From: Pseudomonas aeruginosa
Lineage (GTDB): Bacteria; Pseudomonadota; Gammaproteobacteria; Pseudomonadales; Pseudomonadaceae
NCBI RefSeq assembly: GCF_001457615.1
Contig: NZ_LN831024.1
Coordinates: 5,550,001 to 5,582,000 of the forward strand
Direction: 5' to 3'
DNA: 32,000 nucleotides
This document shows positions 12,676-22,182 of the stretch, piece by piece. The stretch's first letter is position 1. Every line of letters begins with the position of its first letter. Below the pieces are notes generated by a model. The model saw nothing but the letters and a program-made list of their open reading frames with translations, was not told the origin of the DNA and ran no database searches. A program made the position numbers and the translations under genes.

Positions 12676-13371
12676 TCAGGACGCCAGCAGGCTGCGGTCG
12701 AAAACGAAGGCGCCGCCCGGCTTCGGGGTGAAATGCAGGACGTGTTGCGGGCGCCCCATGGGCGGACGCTGGCGTTCGCCGGTGTCCTCGACCCAGCCAG
12801 CCTCCTTCATCCGCTCCAGGCGCCCGCGCAGGCTGGAATGCTGGACTTCCTGGCCGATGGCGCACTCGAAGGCCTTCAGCGCCTCGGCCACGGTGAAGCG
12901 CGGCGCCAGCAGGAACAGCGGCAGGGCGCTGTACACCGACTTGCTCGCCAGGCGCTCGCAGGCCTGCTGTACCAGTTGGGCGTGGTCGAACGGCAGGGCG
13001 AAGCGCTCGCTGCGAACGTCGCGCAGCGGCACGAAGTCGAGGTCGTCGTCCTCCACCCGGGTGTCCGGACCGACCAGCACCAGGTAGAACACGCTCAGCG
13101 ACCAGCCGCGCGGGTCGCGTACCGCGTTGCCGACCGTGGCCACCTGCTCGATGTAGGCCGGCTCCAGCCGCGCCTTGTCGCGCAGGGCGCGCACCGCCGC
13201 GTCGTCGAGGCTGTGGTCGGCGCTGCGGCCGTTGACCAGCACGCCGGGCAAGGCCCACTGGCCGGCGAAAGGCGCCTGGGCGCGGCGGATCAGCAACAGC
13301 TCCAGTCCGTGCCCGGGGTTCAGGCGCAACGCCACGATATCCACGCTGGCCAATACTTCCGCTGAACTCAT
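12676..13371 (-). CDS. nrtR: NrtR-type regulator: Nudix-like ADP-ribose-sensing domain plus C-terminal winged HTH
   Basis: 231 aa from ATG 13371 (GAGAGGAG upstream). The Nudix fold region (GQWALPGVLV...SLDDAAVRALRDKARLE) has a degenerate Nudix box lacking the REx2EE glutamates. Linked to NAD salvage genes. Confidence 0.8.
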   Translation of the reverse strand: MSSAEVLASVDIVALRLNPGHGLELLLIRRAQAPFAGQWALPGVLVNGRSADHSLDDAAVRALRDKARLEPAYIEQVATVGNAVRDPRGWSLSVFYLVLVGPDTRVEDDDLDFVPLRDVRSERFALPFDHAQLVQQACERLASKSVYSALPLFLLAPRFTVAEALKAFECAIGQEVQHSSLRGRLERMKEAGWVEDTGERQRPPMGRPQHVLHFTPKPGGAFVFDRSLLAS

Positions 13372-13385
13372 CGTCACTCCTCTCT

Positions 13386-13988
13386 TCAGCCCGCCTGGCG
13401 TTCGCCGCCATAGCAGTGCAGTTCGTCCTTCACTTCCGGCAGGCACCAGGCCTCCGGTACCGCCAGCCCTTCACGCAGGCGCTGGCGGATCATTGAGCTG
13501 TGCAGCGGCAGCCGCTCCTCCGCCACCAGCCGGCCGAAGCGCCAGCACAATTCGGCGGCGCGTTCGAAGCGCGGCAGCTCCGCCTCGTTGTCGGCGCCGA
13601 TCAGCAGGGCGATCCGCGGTGACGCCAGGCCGCTACGCGCGGCCAGCGCTTCCAGCAGGTCGATGCTGTAGACCGCCGGACGATCAGGCATCAATCCTGC
13701 TTCGATCGGTTCGCAATACACCCGCCGCGGATCGATCCGCCGAGCCAGCCGCGCCAGCCAGCGGCAGCGCAGCTCGAAATCGCCCATGCGCTTGCCGAAG
13801 GCGTGGCGGTGGCTCGGCACCAGGGCGACCCGTTCGGCGCAAAGCAGCGCCCGGCGGATCACCGACTCATGGCCGGGGTGCGGCGGGTCGAACGCCCCAC
13901 CGTAGACCGCGAGGGCGAAGTCGGGGGCGCGTCCGCCGCTCATCCCGGCAGGCAGTCGGCGAATCCGGCAACTTATTTCATCACGCAT
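13386..13988 (-). CDS. nadD2: Nicotinate-nucleotide adenylyltransferase paralogue (NadD-like)
   Basis: Nucleotidyltransferase motif GGAFDPPHPGH. ATG at 13988 has GGAAGG 9 nt upstream. An alternative ATG at 13943 (MSGGRAPDF...) gives a more typical N-terminal length but has a poor SD. The track start at 14024 is a TTG. Confidence 0.75.
   Translation of the reverse strand: MRDEISCRIRRLPAGMSGGRAPDFALAVYGGAFDPPHPGHESVIRRALLCAERVALVPSHRHAFGKRMGDFELRCRWLARLARRIDPRRVYCEPIEAGLMPDRPAVYSIDLLEALAARSGLASPRIALLIGADNEAELPRFERAAELCWRFGRLVAEERLPLHSSMIRQRLREGLAVPEAWCLPEVKDELHCYGGERQAG
13971..13985. promoter_or_regulatory. Half-site related to the 14035-14059 palindrome
   Basis: ACTTATTTCATCACG matches the reverse complement of the palindrome right half plus centre (ACATAATTCATCACG) at 13/15. 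It also shares the 10-mer ACTTATTTCA with 14035-14044 as a direct repeat. Confidence 0.35.
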
Positions 13989-14028
13989 AGAAAATACCTT
14001 CCACTGCGAAATTTTGTAGTACAAGTGC

Positions 14029-14057
14029 TTGACGACTTATTTCACGTGATGAATTAT
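14029..14057 (+). promoter_or_regulatory. Candidate sigma-70 promoter for pncA-pncB-nadE
   Basis: TTGACG (14029-14034), 17 nt, AATTAT (14052-14057). The spacer and -10 are covered by the 25-bp palindrome. Confidence 0.35.
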
Positions 14058-14059
14058 GT
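14035..14059. promoter_or_regulatory. 25-bp imperfect palindrome, candidate repressor (NrtR?) operator
   Basis: In ACTTATTTCA-CGTGA-TGAATTATGT the 10-nt arms are 8/10 complementary. The core TCACGTGA (14042-14049) is a perfect 8-bp palindrome. Confidence 0.4.
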
Positions 14060-14097
14060 ACCCACATTCAGCCCCAACCCGTCAAGCGGAGGCTTCC

Positions 14098-14757
14098 ATG
14101 AATCGTCCCAGCAAGATCGCCAGCTTCGATGTCGACGCCCAGAAAGGCTTCACCCCGCTGTGCCCGGACGAACTGCCGGTGCCCGGCGGCGACGCCATCG
14201 GCGCCGCCCTCAACCAACTGGCCAGCCGCGCCGCGCTGCGCCTGGGCAGCAAGGACGCGCACAGCCCGAAGGCTGCCTGGGTAGTGGAAAGCGCCGAGCA
14301 GATGCTGCGGCCGCTGGCCTATCCGGATGCCGACCTGACCTGGGTGAGCCACTGCGTACCGGGTACGCCGGGTTTCGAGCTGCTCGACGAACTGCCGCGG
14401 CCGATCGACTACGACTTCTTCGTCTGGAAGGGCGTGGAGCCGGACCTGCATCCCTACGGCGCCTGCTACCACGATCTGGCGGAACGCCGCAGCACCGGGG
14501 TCATCGAATACCTGAGGCAGAATGGCGTGAGCCATGTGCTGGTGGGTGGCCTGGCGCTGGACTACTGCGTGAAGAACACCGCCCTGCAACTGCGCCGCGC
14601 CGGTTTCGAGGTGCTGCTCTACCTGCCCGCCTGCCGGGCCATCGCCGAGGACACCGCGCAGCGGGCCTGCGACGAGATGCGCGACGCCGGGGTGATCCTC
14701 TGCGCCGACCTGGAACGACTGGATAGCGCCCTCGCCGGCGCCGACAAGGAGAAGTGA
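14098..14757 (+). CDS. pncA: Nicotinamidase (isochorismatase-fold, PncA; I recall it annotated pcnA in PAO1)
   Basis: 219 aa from ATG 14098, with GGAGG 5 nt upstream. Family motifs FDVDAQKGF (Asp) and ALDYCVKNT (nucleophile Cys). The track start at 14056 lacks an SD. Confidence 0.85.
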   Translation: MNRPSKIASFDVDAQKGFTPLCPDELPVPGGDAIGAALNQLASRAALRLGSKDAHSPKAAWVVESAEQMLRPLAYPDADLTWVSHCVPGTPGFELLDELPRPIDYDFFVWKGVEPDLHPYGACYHDLAERRSTGVIEYLRQNGVSHVLVGGLALDYCVKNTALQLRRAGFEVLLYLPACRAIAEDTAQRACDEMRDAGVILCADLERLDSALAGADKEK

Positions 14758-14759
14758 AC

Positions 14760-15959
14760 ATGGCCGAAAGCGTCTTTGCCGAGCGCATCGTGCAGAACCT
14801 GCTCGATACCGATTTCTACAAGCTGACCATGATGCAGGCGGTGCTGCACAACTACCCCAACGCCGAAGTGGAGTGGGAATTCCGCTGCCGCAACGCCGAG
14901 GACCTGCGTCCGTACCTGGCGGAGATCCGCTACCAGATCGAGCGCCTCGCCGAAGTCGAGGTAACCGCCGACCAGCTCGCCTTCCTCGAACGCATCCCGT
15001 TCATGAAGCCGGACTTCATCCGCTTCCTCAGCCTGTTCCGCTTCAACCTGCGCTACGTGCACACCGGCATCGAGGATGGCCAACTGGCGATCCGCCTGCG
15101 CGGCCCATGGCTGCACGTGATCCTCTTCGAGGTGCCGCTGCTGGCCATCGTCAGCGAGGTGCGCAACCGTTATCGCTACCGCGAGGTGGTCCTGGAACAG
15201 GTCGGCGAGCAGCTCTATCGCAAGCTCGACTGGCTCTCCGCCCAGGCCAGCAGCGAGGAACTCGCGGAATTCCAGGTCGCCGACTTCGGCACCCGCCGGC
15301 GCTTCTCCTACCGCACCCAGGAGGAAGTGGTGCATATCCTCAAGCGCGACTTCCCCGGGCGCTTCGTCGGCACCAGCAACGTGCACCTGGCCCGCGAGTA
15401 CGATCTCAAGCCGATCGGCACCATGGCCCACGAATGGCTGATGGCCCATCAGCAACTCGGCCCGCGGCTGGTCGACAGCCAGCAAGCGGCGCTGGACTGC
15501 TGGGTCCGCGAGTACCGCGGACAGCTCGGCATAGCCCTGACCGACTGCATTACCATGGATGCCTTCCTCGACGACTTCGACCTGTACTTCGCCAAGCTCT
15601 TCGACGGCCTGCGCCACGATTCGGGCGACCCGCTGGCCTGGGCGGAGAAAGCCATCGCCCACTACCGCCGCCTGGGTATCGACCCGCTGAGCAAGACCCT
15701 GGTGTTCTCCGACGGGCTGGACATGCCCAAGGCGTTGCAGCTGTTCCGCGCGCTACGTGGCAAGATCAACGTCAGCTTCGGCATCGGCACCAACCTGACC
15801 TGCGACATCCCGGGGGTCGAGCCGATGAACATCGTCCTGAAGATGACGGCCTGCAACGGCCATCCGGTGGCGAAGATATCCGACGCCCCGGGCAAGACCC
15901 AATGCCGCGACGAGAACTTCGTCGCCTACCTCCGCCACGTCTTCAACGTGCCGGCCTAA
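14760..15959 (+). CDS. pncB: Nicotinate phosphoribosyltransferase
   Basis: 399 aa. N-terminus [15 protein letters not shown] is typical of PncB. AAGGAG lies 7 nt before ATG 14760. The gene starts 3 nt after the pncA stop. Confidence 0.9.
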   Translation: MAESVFAERIVQNLLDTDFYKLTMMQAVLHNYPNAEVEWEFRCRNAEDLRPYLAEIRYQIERLAEVEVTADQLAFLERIPFMKPDFIRFLSLFRFNLRYVHTGIEDGQLAIRLRGPWLHVILFEVPLLAIVSEVRNRYRYREVVLEQVGEQLYRKLDWLSAQASSEELAEFQVADFGTRRRFSYRTQEEVVHILKRDFPGRFVGTSNVHLAREYDLKPIGTMAHEWLMAHQQLGPRLVDSQQAALDCWVREYRGQLGIALTDCITMDAFLDDFDLYFAKLFDGLRHDSGDPLAWAEKAIAHYRRLGIDPLSKTLVFSDGLDMPKALQLFRALRGKINVSFGIGTNLTCDIPGVEPMNIVLKMTACNGHPVAKISDAPGKTQCRDENFVAYLRHVFNVPA

Positions 15960-15987
15960 TCCTTTCGCACCTAACGGGAGCCCGAAC

Positions 15988-16815
15988 ATGCAACAGATCC
16001 AACGCGACATCGCCCAAGCCCTGCAGGTCCAGCCGCCGTTCCAGTCGGAGGCCGACGTGCAGGCGCAGATCGCCCGGCGCATCGCCTTCATCCAGCAGTG
16101 CCTGAAGGATTCCGGGCTGAAGACCCTGGTGCTGGGGATCAGCGGCGGCGTCGACTCGCTCACCGCCGGCCTGCTGGCCCAGCGCGCCGTCGAGCAACTG
16201 CGCGAGCAGACCGGCGACCAGGCCTACCGCTTCATCGCCGTGCGCCTGCCCTACCAGGTGCAGCAGGACGAGGCCGATGCCCAGGCCTCGCTGGCGACCA
16301 TCCGCGCCGACGAAGAGCAGACCGTCAACATCGGTCCGTCGGTGAAAGCCCTGGCGGAACAGCTGGAAGCCCTGGAAGGACTCGAGCCGGCGAAGAGCGA
16401 CTTCGTCATCGGCAATATCAAGGCGCGCATCCGCATGGTCGCCCAGTACGCCATCGCCGGCGCCCGCGGCGGCCTGGTGATCGGCACCGACCATGCTGCC
16501 GAGGCGGTCATGGGGTTCTTCACCAAGTTCGGCGACGGCGCCTGCGACCTGGCTCCGCTCAGCGGCCTGGCCAAGCATCAGGTGCGCGCCCTCGCCCGCG
16601 CCCTCGGCGCTCCGGAGAACCTGGTGGAGAAGATCCCCACCGCCGACCTCGAGGACCTGCGCCCCGGCCATCCGGACGAGGCTTCCCACGGCGTCACCTA
16701 TGCCGAGATCGACGCCTTCCTGCACGGCCAGCCGCTGCGCGAGGAAGCTGCGCGGGTGATCGTCGACACCTACCACAAGACCCAGCACAAGCGCGAACTG
16801 CCGAAGGCGCCCTGA
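15988..16815 (+). CDS. nadE: NH3-dependent NAD+ synthetase
   Basis: 275 aa. PP-loop GISGGVDS; length and sequence are typical of single-domain NadE. Confidence 0.92.
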   Translation: MQQIQRDIAQALQVQPPFQSEADVQAQIARRIAFIQQCLKDSGLKTLVLGISGGVDSLTAGLLAQRAVEQLREQTGDQAYRFIAVRLPYQVQQDEADAQASLATIRADEEQTVNIGPSVKALAEQLEALEGLEPAKSDFVIGNIKARIRMVAQYAIAGARGGLVIGTDHAAEAVMGFFTKFGDGACDLAPLSGLAKHQVRALARALGAPENLVEKIPTADLEDLRPGHPDEASHGVTYAEIDAFLHGQPLREEAARVIVDTYHKTQHKRELPKAP

Positions 16816-16834
16816 GCCTCCCGGTCCGTGCGGC

Positions 16835-16858
16835 AGGCCCGTCGTCGACGGGCCTTTG
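16835..16858 (+). terminator. Candidate terminator after nadE
   Basis: AGGCCCGTCG-t-CGACGGGCCT dyad (effective stem about 8 bp) followed by TTTGT. Confidence 0.45.
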
Positions 16859-16948
16859 TCGCGGGCGGGAATGTGCCTGTCGCAACCAGGTCTTCAAGTC
16901 CGCGCGGCGGCGCGCTAGAAGGAAGCTGAATCCCTGCGAAGGCCAGCC

Positions 16949-17872
16949 ATGCGCACCCGTCTCCCCGCCCTGCTCCTCGGTGTCCTGCTGGCCGGCCAGG
17001 CCTGCGGACACACGTCCCCGCTGCTCGCGCCGGTACGGCAGATCCACGCCTTCGGCGACAGCTATTCGGACAACGGCGAAAGCCAGCGACTGACCCGCGA
17101 GATGCTCGCCAAGGGCATCGCCGGCGCCCAGGCATTGCCCGGCGAAGTCTACTGGCAGGGCCGCTGGAGCAACGGCCCGACCGCCGTCGAGGTGCTCGCC
17201 CGCCAGCTCGGCGCACAACTGGCCGACCATGCGGTGGGCGGCGCCAAGAGCGGAGCGGACAACTACTACGGCTGGATGAGCGCCTACCGCCATACCGGCC
17301 TCGCCGGCCAGGTCGACGCCTACCTCGCCACGCTGGACGGCAAGCCGGCCGACGGCCAGGCGCTGCACTTCATCTTCGTCTCCGCCAACGATTTCTTCGA
17401 GCACGAGGATTTCGCCGGCGAGCAGCCCCTGGAACAACTGGCCGGCAGCAGCGTGGCGAACATCCGCGCCGCGGTGCAGCGTCTCGGAGAGGCCGGCGCA
17501 CGACGCTTCCTGGTGGTCAGTTCGACCGACCTGAGCGTGGTCCCGGCGGTGGTCGCCGGTAACCGGGTCGAGCGGGCGCAGCGCTACCTGCAGGCAGTCA
17601 ACGCCAGCCTGCCGATCCAGCTCGCCGCCCTGCGCAAGACCCGCGGCCTGGAGCTGAGCTGGTTCGACCATCTCACCTTCAGCCGCCACTTGCGGCGCAA
17701 CCCGGCGCGCTATGGCCTGGTGGAGCTGGACGCGCCCTGCCAGCCGACCCAGCCCAGCGTCCGCCCGGCCTGCGCCAACCCGGACCAGTACTACTTCTGG
17801 GACGAGTGGCATCCGACCCGGCGCGTGCACCAACTGGCCGGCGAGGCGATGGCGGCACGCTACGCGCGCTGA
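16949..17872 (+). CDS. choE: Secreted SGNH/GDSL hydrolase; matches what I recall as the cholinesterase ChoE
   Basis: 307 aa. Signal peptide MRTRLPALLLGVLLAGQACG, block I FGDSYSDNG, block V DEWHPT (DxxH). Confidence 0.8.
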   Translation: MRTRLPALLLGVLLAGQACGHTSPLLAPVRQIHAFGDSYSDNGESQRLTREMLAKGIAGAQALPGEVYWQGRWSNGPTAVEVLARQLGAQLADHAVGGAKSGADNYYGWMSAYRHTGLAGQVDAYLATLDGKPADGQALHFIFVSANDFFEHEDFAGEQPLEQLAGSSVANIRAAVQRLGEAGARRFLVVSSTDLSVVPAVVAGNRVERAQRYLQAVNASLPIQLAALRKTRGLELSWFDHLTFSRHLRRNPARYGLVELDAPCQPTQPSVRPACANPDQYYFWDEWHPTRRVHQLAGEAMAARYAR

Positions 17873-17890
17873 GCCCGGCGCGCGCCCATG

Positions 17891-17919
17891 AAAAAGCCCG
17901 GCAGCGGCCGGGCTTTTTC
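17891..17919. terminator. Bidirectional rho-independent terminator between choE and azu
   Basis: AAAA-AGCCCGGC-agcg-GCCGGGCT-TTTT. The 8-bp GC stem is flanked by an A-run and a T-run, so it reads as a terminator on both strands. Confidence 0.85.
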
Positions 17920-17940
17920 ATGCAGCGGATCGCTCGCGCA

Positions 17941-18387
17941 TCACTTCAGGGTCAGGGTGCCCTTCATCAGCGCGGAGTGGCCCGGGAAGGTGCAGAAGAA
18001 CATGTACTGCTCGCCTTCCTTCAGCTTGGAGACGTCGAAGGTCACCGAGTCCTTCTCGCCCGAGCCGATCAGCTTGGTGTGGGCGATGACGCGGCTGTCG
18101 TCGGGCTTCAGGTAATCCTTGTCCAGGCCGGAAGCCATGCCGTCGGTGACCACGCCCTGCATGTCGGCGGCGGTGCTCAGTACCCAGTTGTGGCCCATGA
18201 CGTTCTTCGGCAGGTTGCCGGGGTGGGACAGGTTGACGGTGAACTGCTTGCAGCTCTTGTCGACGGTGATGGCATTGGTGTTGAACTGCATCTGGTCGTT
18301 ACCCTGGATGTCCACCGAGCACTCGGCAGCCAGCAGCGGCGCACTGAGCAGGGACAGCAGGGATACCGCAGCGAGTTTACGTAGCAT
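17941..18387 (-). CDS. azu: Azurin precursor (blue copper protein)
   Basis: 148 aa from ATG 18387, with AGGAGG 8 nt upstream. Signal peptide [20 protein letters not shown]. The mature sequence [18 protein letters not shown]...[21 protein letters not shown] includes the Cu ligands. Confidence 0.97.
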   Translation of the reverse strand: MLRKLAAVSLLSLLSAPLLAAECSVDIQGNDQMQFNTNAITVDKSCKQFTVNLSHPGNLPKNVMGHNWVLSTAADMQGVVTDGMASGLDKDYLKPDDSRVIAHTKLIGSGEKDSVTFDVSKLKEGEQYMFFCTFPGHSALMKGTLTLK

Positions 18388-18425
18388 GGAGCAGCCTCCT
18401 AGGCAGGTTGGGCGATGAATCCTGA

Positions 18426-19250
<825 letters not shown>

Positions 19251-19262
19251 TCCGCTCCTCTC

Positions 19263-19958
19263 TCAGGACGGCGGCAGCAGGCTCAGCGGGTCGAGCGGCC
19301 GGCCGTTCTGGCGGATCTCGAAGTACAGCTGCACCCGGTCGGCATCCGAGGAACCGGCCTCGGCGATCTTCTGGCCCTTGCCGACCATCTGCCCCTCCTT
19401 CACCAGCAAGCGGCTGTTGTGCGCGTAGGTGCTGGTGTACGAGGTACCGTGCTGGATGATCACCAGGTTGCCGTAGCCACGCATGTTGTTCACCGCGAAC
19501 ACCACCTTGCCGGCCAGCGAGGCCTGCACCGGCTGGCCCAGGGTGCCGGCGATGCGGATGCCCTTGTTGAGCTTGTCGGAACTGGAGAAGCGGCGGATCA
19601 CCGGCCCCTTCATCGGCCACTGCCAGCCGCGCAGGGTCACCGACGGCGGCGGAGGCGGCGGCTTGCGCGCACGGGTGTTAGACGAAGAGCGGCTACTGGC
19701 GACGTAGGTCGACTTGCGCCCGTCGAAGCGCACCACCTGGCCGACCTTGACCGCGTAGGGCGGGCGGATGCCGTTGGCGCGCGCCAGGTCCTTGTAGTTC
19801 CAGCCGTGCCGGGTGGCGATCGAATAGAGGGTGTCGCCGCGCTTGACGCGATACTCGCCGCGCACGACCTTCGGCACCGACGCCCCCGGGCCGGGAGCCT
19901 TGGAGCTGCACGCGGATACCGCCAGCAGGACGGCGATCAAGAGCAATCTGAAGAACAC
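19263..19958 (-). CDS. Lipoprotein with LysM and a degenerate M23/LytM domain (NlpD-like)
   Basis: 231 aa. Lipobox LAVSAC. LysM segment YRVKRGDTLYSIATRHGWNYKDLARANGI. The C-terminal M23 fold has NKGIRIAG and QLYFEIR where the HxxxD and HxH metal motifs are expected. Confidence 0.85.
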   Translation of the reverse strand: MFFRLLLIAVLLAVSACSSKAPGPGASVPKVVRGEYRVKRGDTLYSIATRHGWNYKDLARANGIRPPYAVKVGQVVRFDGRKSTYVASSRSSSNTRARKPPPPPPSVTLRGWQWPMKGPVIRRFSSSDKLNKGIRIAGTLGQPVQASLAGKVVFAVNNMRGYGNLVIIQHGTSYTSTYAHNSRLLVKEGQMVGKGQKIAEAGSSDADRVQLYFEIRQNGRPLDPLSLLPPS

Positions 19959-20144
19959 ACGGAATCCTTTTCCCGATGAAACCCGGCCGGCTGCGGCGAC
20001 GGTTGCAGGCCCGCACTATACCTTGTTCGCCGGGGTGCCCGTTGGACTCGCCGATGGCCCGTTTTCTCCGCGCGGCCCGCCACCCGGTCCGCGCACAAAC
20101 GCCAACGCCCCGCAGGACGGGGCGTCGGTGCCGAGCGGGAAACG

Positions 20145-20996
20145 TCAGGCGCCGGCGGACTGCTGCACGATCACCGTCTGCGCCGGCATCGGTGCCGGGA
20201 AGTCGGCGCCGAGGGCGTCCTTGATCACCTTGTTGGTATCGAAATAGACCTGCCAGTAATGGTCGTTGTGGCAATACGGGCGCACCGCCAGCACCGGCCC
20301 GACCAGGTTGAACTCGAGGATCTCCACGTCCACCGGCGGCTCGCCGAGCACGTTGGGAATCGCCGCGACGCGCTGCCTGAGCAGGGCGATGGCCGCCTGG
20401 TAGTCGGCGGCACCGGAAAGCTGCGCCTTCAACTCGACCCGGCGGAACGGGTTGTGGGTGAAGTTCTGGATGTTGTCGCCGAATATCTTGTTGTTGCCGA
20501 CCATGGTCAGCACGTTGTCCGGAGTGTTGATCGCCGTGGTGAACAGGCCGATCTCCTTGACCGTGCCGGTCACTCCGCCGGCGCAGATGAAGTCGCCGAC
20601 CTTGAACGGCCGCAGGACGATGATGAAGCCGCCGGCCGCCAGGTTCGCCAGCAATCCCGACCAGGCCATGCCGATGGCCAGGCCGACCGCCGCGATCAGC
20701 GCCGCCAGGCTGGTGGTCTGGATGCCGAAGAAACCGAGGATGCCCACCACCAGCAGCACGTTCAGGGTCACCGTGATGAACGAACCCACGTAGCGCAGCA
20801 CGGTGGGATCGACCTTTTGCCGCTCGAGGGATTTCTGCACCATGCCGACGGCGAAGCCGATCAGCCAGCGGCCGATCACCCAGAAGGCGATGGCCGCGAG
20901 AATCTTGATGCCGAAGGCGAAGGCGTACTGGGACACCGTCGCCCAGAGCGCGTTGATCTTCTCGGTACCTACGTTGACGATCGTCGTGTCATCCAT
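20145..20996 (-). CDS. Small-conductance mechanosensitive channel (MscS family)
   Basis: 283 aa from ATG 20996 (MDDTTIVNV...). Three N-terminal TM helices followed by the MscS beta-domain (RPFKVGDFICAGGVTGTVKEIGLFTT). Confidence 0.85.
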   Translation of the reverse strand: MDDTTIVNVGTEKINALWATVSQYAFAFGIKILAAIAFWVIGRWLIGFAVGMVQKSLERQKVDPTVLRYVGSFITVTLNVLLVVGILGFFGIQTTSLAALIAAVGLAIGMAWSGLLANLAAGGFIIVLRPFKVGDFICAGGVTGTVKEIGLFTTAINTPDNVLTMVGNNKIFGDNIQNFTHNPFRRVELKAQLSGAADYQAAIALLRQRVAAIPNVLGEPPVDVEILEFNLVGPVLAVRPYCHNDHYWQVYFDTNKVIKDALGADFPAPMPAQTVIVQQSAGA

Positions 20997-21191
20997 ATCG
21001 CTCACCGTGCGCAAGGAAGGAGTCTGGCTCCGTACGAGAACCGCCCCTGGCACCGGAAAGGCAGGCTCCGGCCCTTGGCCCGACAACGTCCGTAGCGGAT
21101 TCTGGAAAAGCTAGCACGGCGCTGCGAATTTGCCGGAGCACCGCTTCGTTGTCCCCAAACGGCGTGGGCGAGGCTGTGGACAACCTGGGTG

Positions 21192-21211
21192 AAAAGGTCC
21201 GGGAGTCCCGG
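21192..21211 (-). terminator. Candidate terminator downstream of the transglutaminase gene
   Basis: On the minus strand, CCGGGA-c-TCCCGG is followed by ACCTTTTCA. The stem is short (6 bp) and the U-tract is 4 nt. Confidence 0.3.
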
Positions 21212-21246
21212 GCGGCAGGGCCTCCGCGAGACCGATCACTTTTTGA

Positions 21247-22182
21247 TCAGCCGGCTGTTTCCTGTAGCGGCAGCACCGTCACCCGCACCTCCGGGTCATG
21301 GCTACCGCCACCGAGGATCACCCCGCGCAACGGCGACACATCGGAAAAATCCCGCCCCCAGGCCAGGGTGATGTGCTCCAGGTCGGGCAACAGGTCGTTG
21401 GTCGGGTCGAAATCCACCCAGCCGTTCTCCGGGCAATACAGCGAGACCCAGGCATGCGAGGCGTCGGCACCGATCAGTCGCGCCTGTCCGGGCGGCGGGC
21501 GGGTCAGCAGGTAGCCGCTGACGTAGCGCGCCGCCAGTCCGCGCGCGCGCAGGCAGGCGAGCATCAGGTGGGCGAAGTCCTGGCAGACCCCGCGACGGCG
21601 CTCCAGCACTTCGTCCAGCGGCGTCGCCACCTGGGTGGCCTGCGCATCGAAGGCGAACTCGCGGAAGATCTTCTCCATCAGTGCCGCCGCCGCCACCAGC
21701 AACGGCCGTCCGGGCGGGAAGCAGTCGGCGGCGAACTCGGCGAATCGCCGCTGGATGCGCACATAGGGCGACTCGACGCGATAGCGGCAGGCTTCCAGCT
21801 CGGCGGCGGACAGCGCCCGCCCGGAAAATGCCAGCCCGGCGGCGACGGTTTCCCATGCCGGCGACGCGGTCAGTTGCGCCGGCGCATGGGCGAACACTTC
21901 GACCTGCAGTCGCGCGCTGACCCGCAGCGCCTCGTGGGGACGCTCGAAGGCCAGCCGGCTCAGCGGATTGCCGAATGCGTCGTGGCCATCCTCGCGCCGG
22001 CTCGGCCCCGGCTCGATCAGCAGTGCCCGCTCATGACAGGCCTGCCAGGCGCATTCGCGTGGCCAGAGATGCGCCAGTTGCCGCGACAGCGAGACCGGCA
22101 TCGCATAGCGGTAATGGGTGTCGTGCAGCACCTGGTAGCGGGCGCCCTGGAGCGGAACGGAGCGAAGCGCGGGTGCGGACAT
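21247..22182 (-). CDS. Transglutaminase-like cysteine protease/transamidase (Bact_transglu_N + transglutaminase core)
   Basis: 311 aa. Catalytic-triad contexts RRGVCQDFAH (Cys), DASHAWV (His) and VDFDPTN (Asp). The start codon shares one nucleotide with the upstream stop (TGATG), suggesting translational coupling. Confidence 0.85.
   Translation of the reverse strand: MSAPALRSVPLQGARYQVLHDTHYRYAMPVSLSRQLAHLWPRECAWQACHERALLIEPGPSRREDGHDAFGNPLSRLAFERPHEALRVSARLQVEVFAHAPAQLTASPAWETVAAGLAFSGRALSAAELEACRYRVESPYVRIQRRFAEFAADCFPPGRPLLVAAAALMEKIFREFAFDAQATQVATPLDEVLERRRGVCQDFAHLMLACLRARGLAARYVSGYLLTRPPPGQARLIGADASHAWVSLYCPENGWVDFDPTNDLLPDLEHITLAWGRDFSDVSPLRGVILGGGSHDPEVRVTVLPLQETAG

Noticed and set aside
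20105-20125. Hairpin ACGCCCCG-cagga-CGGGGCGT downstream of the MscS-type gene, as a terminator
   Set aside because: The trailing sequence on the minus strand (TGGCGTTTGTG) is a poor U-tract, so confidence is too low to list it as a feature.
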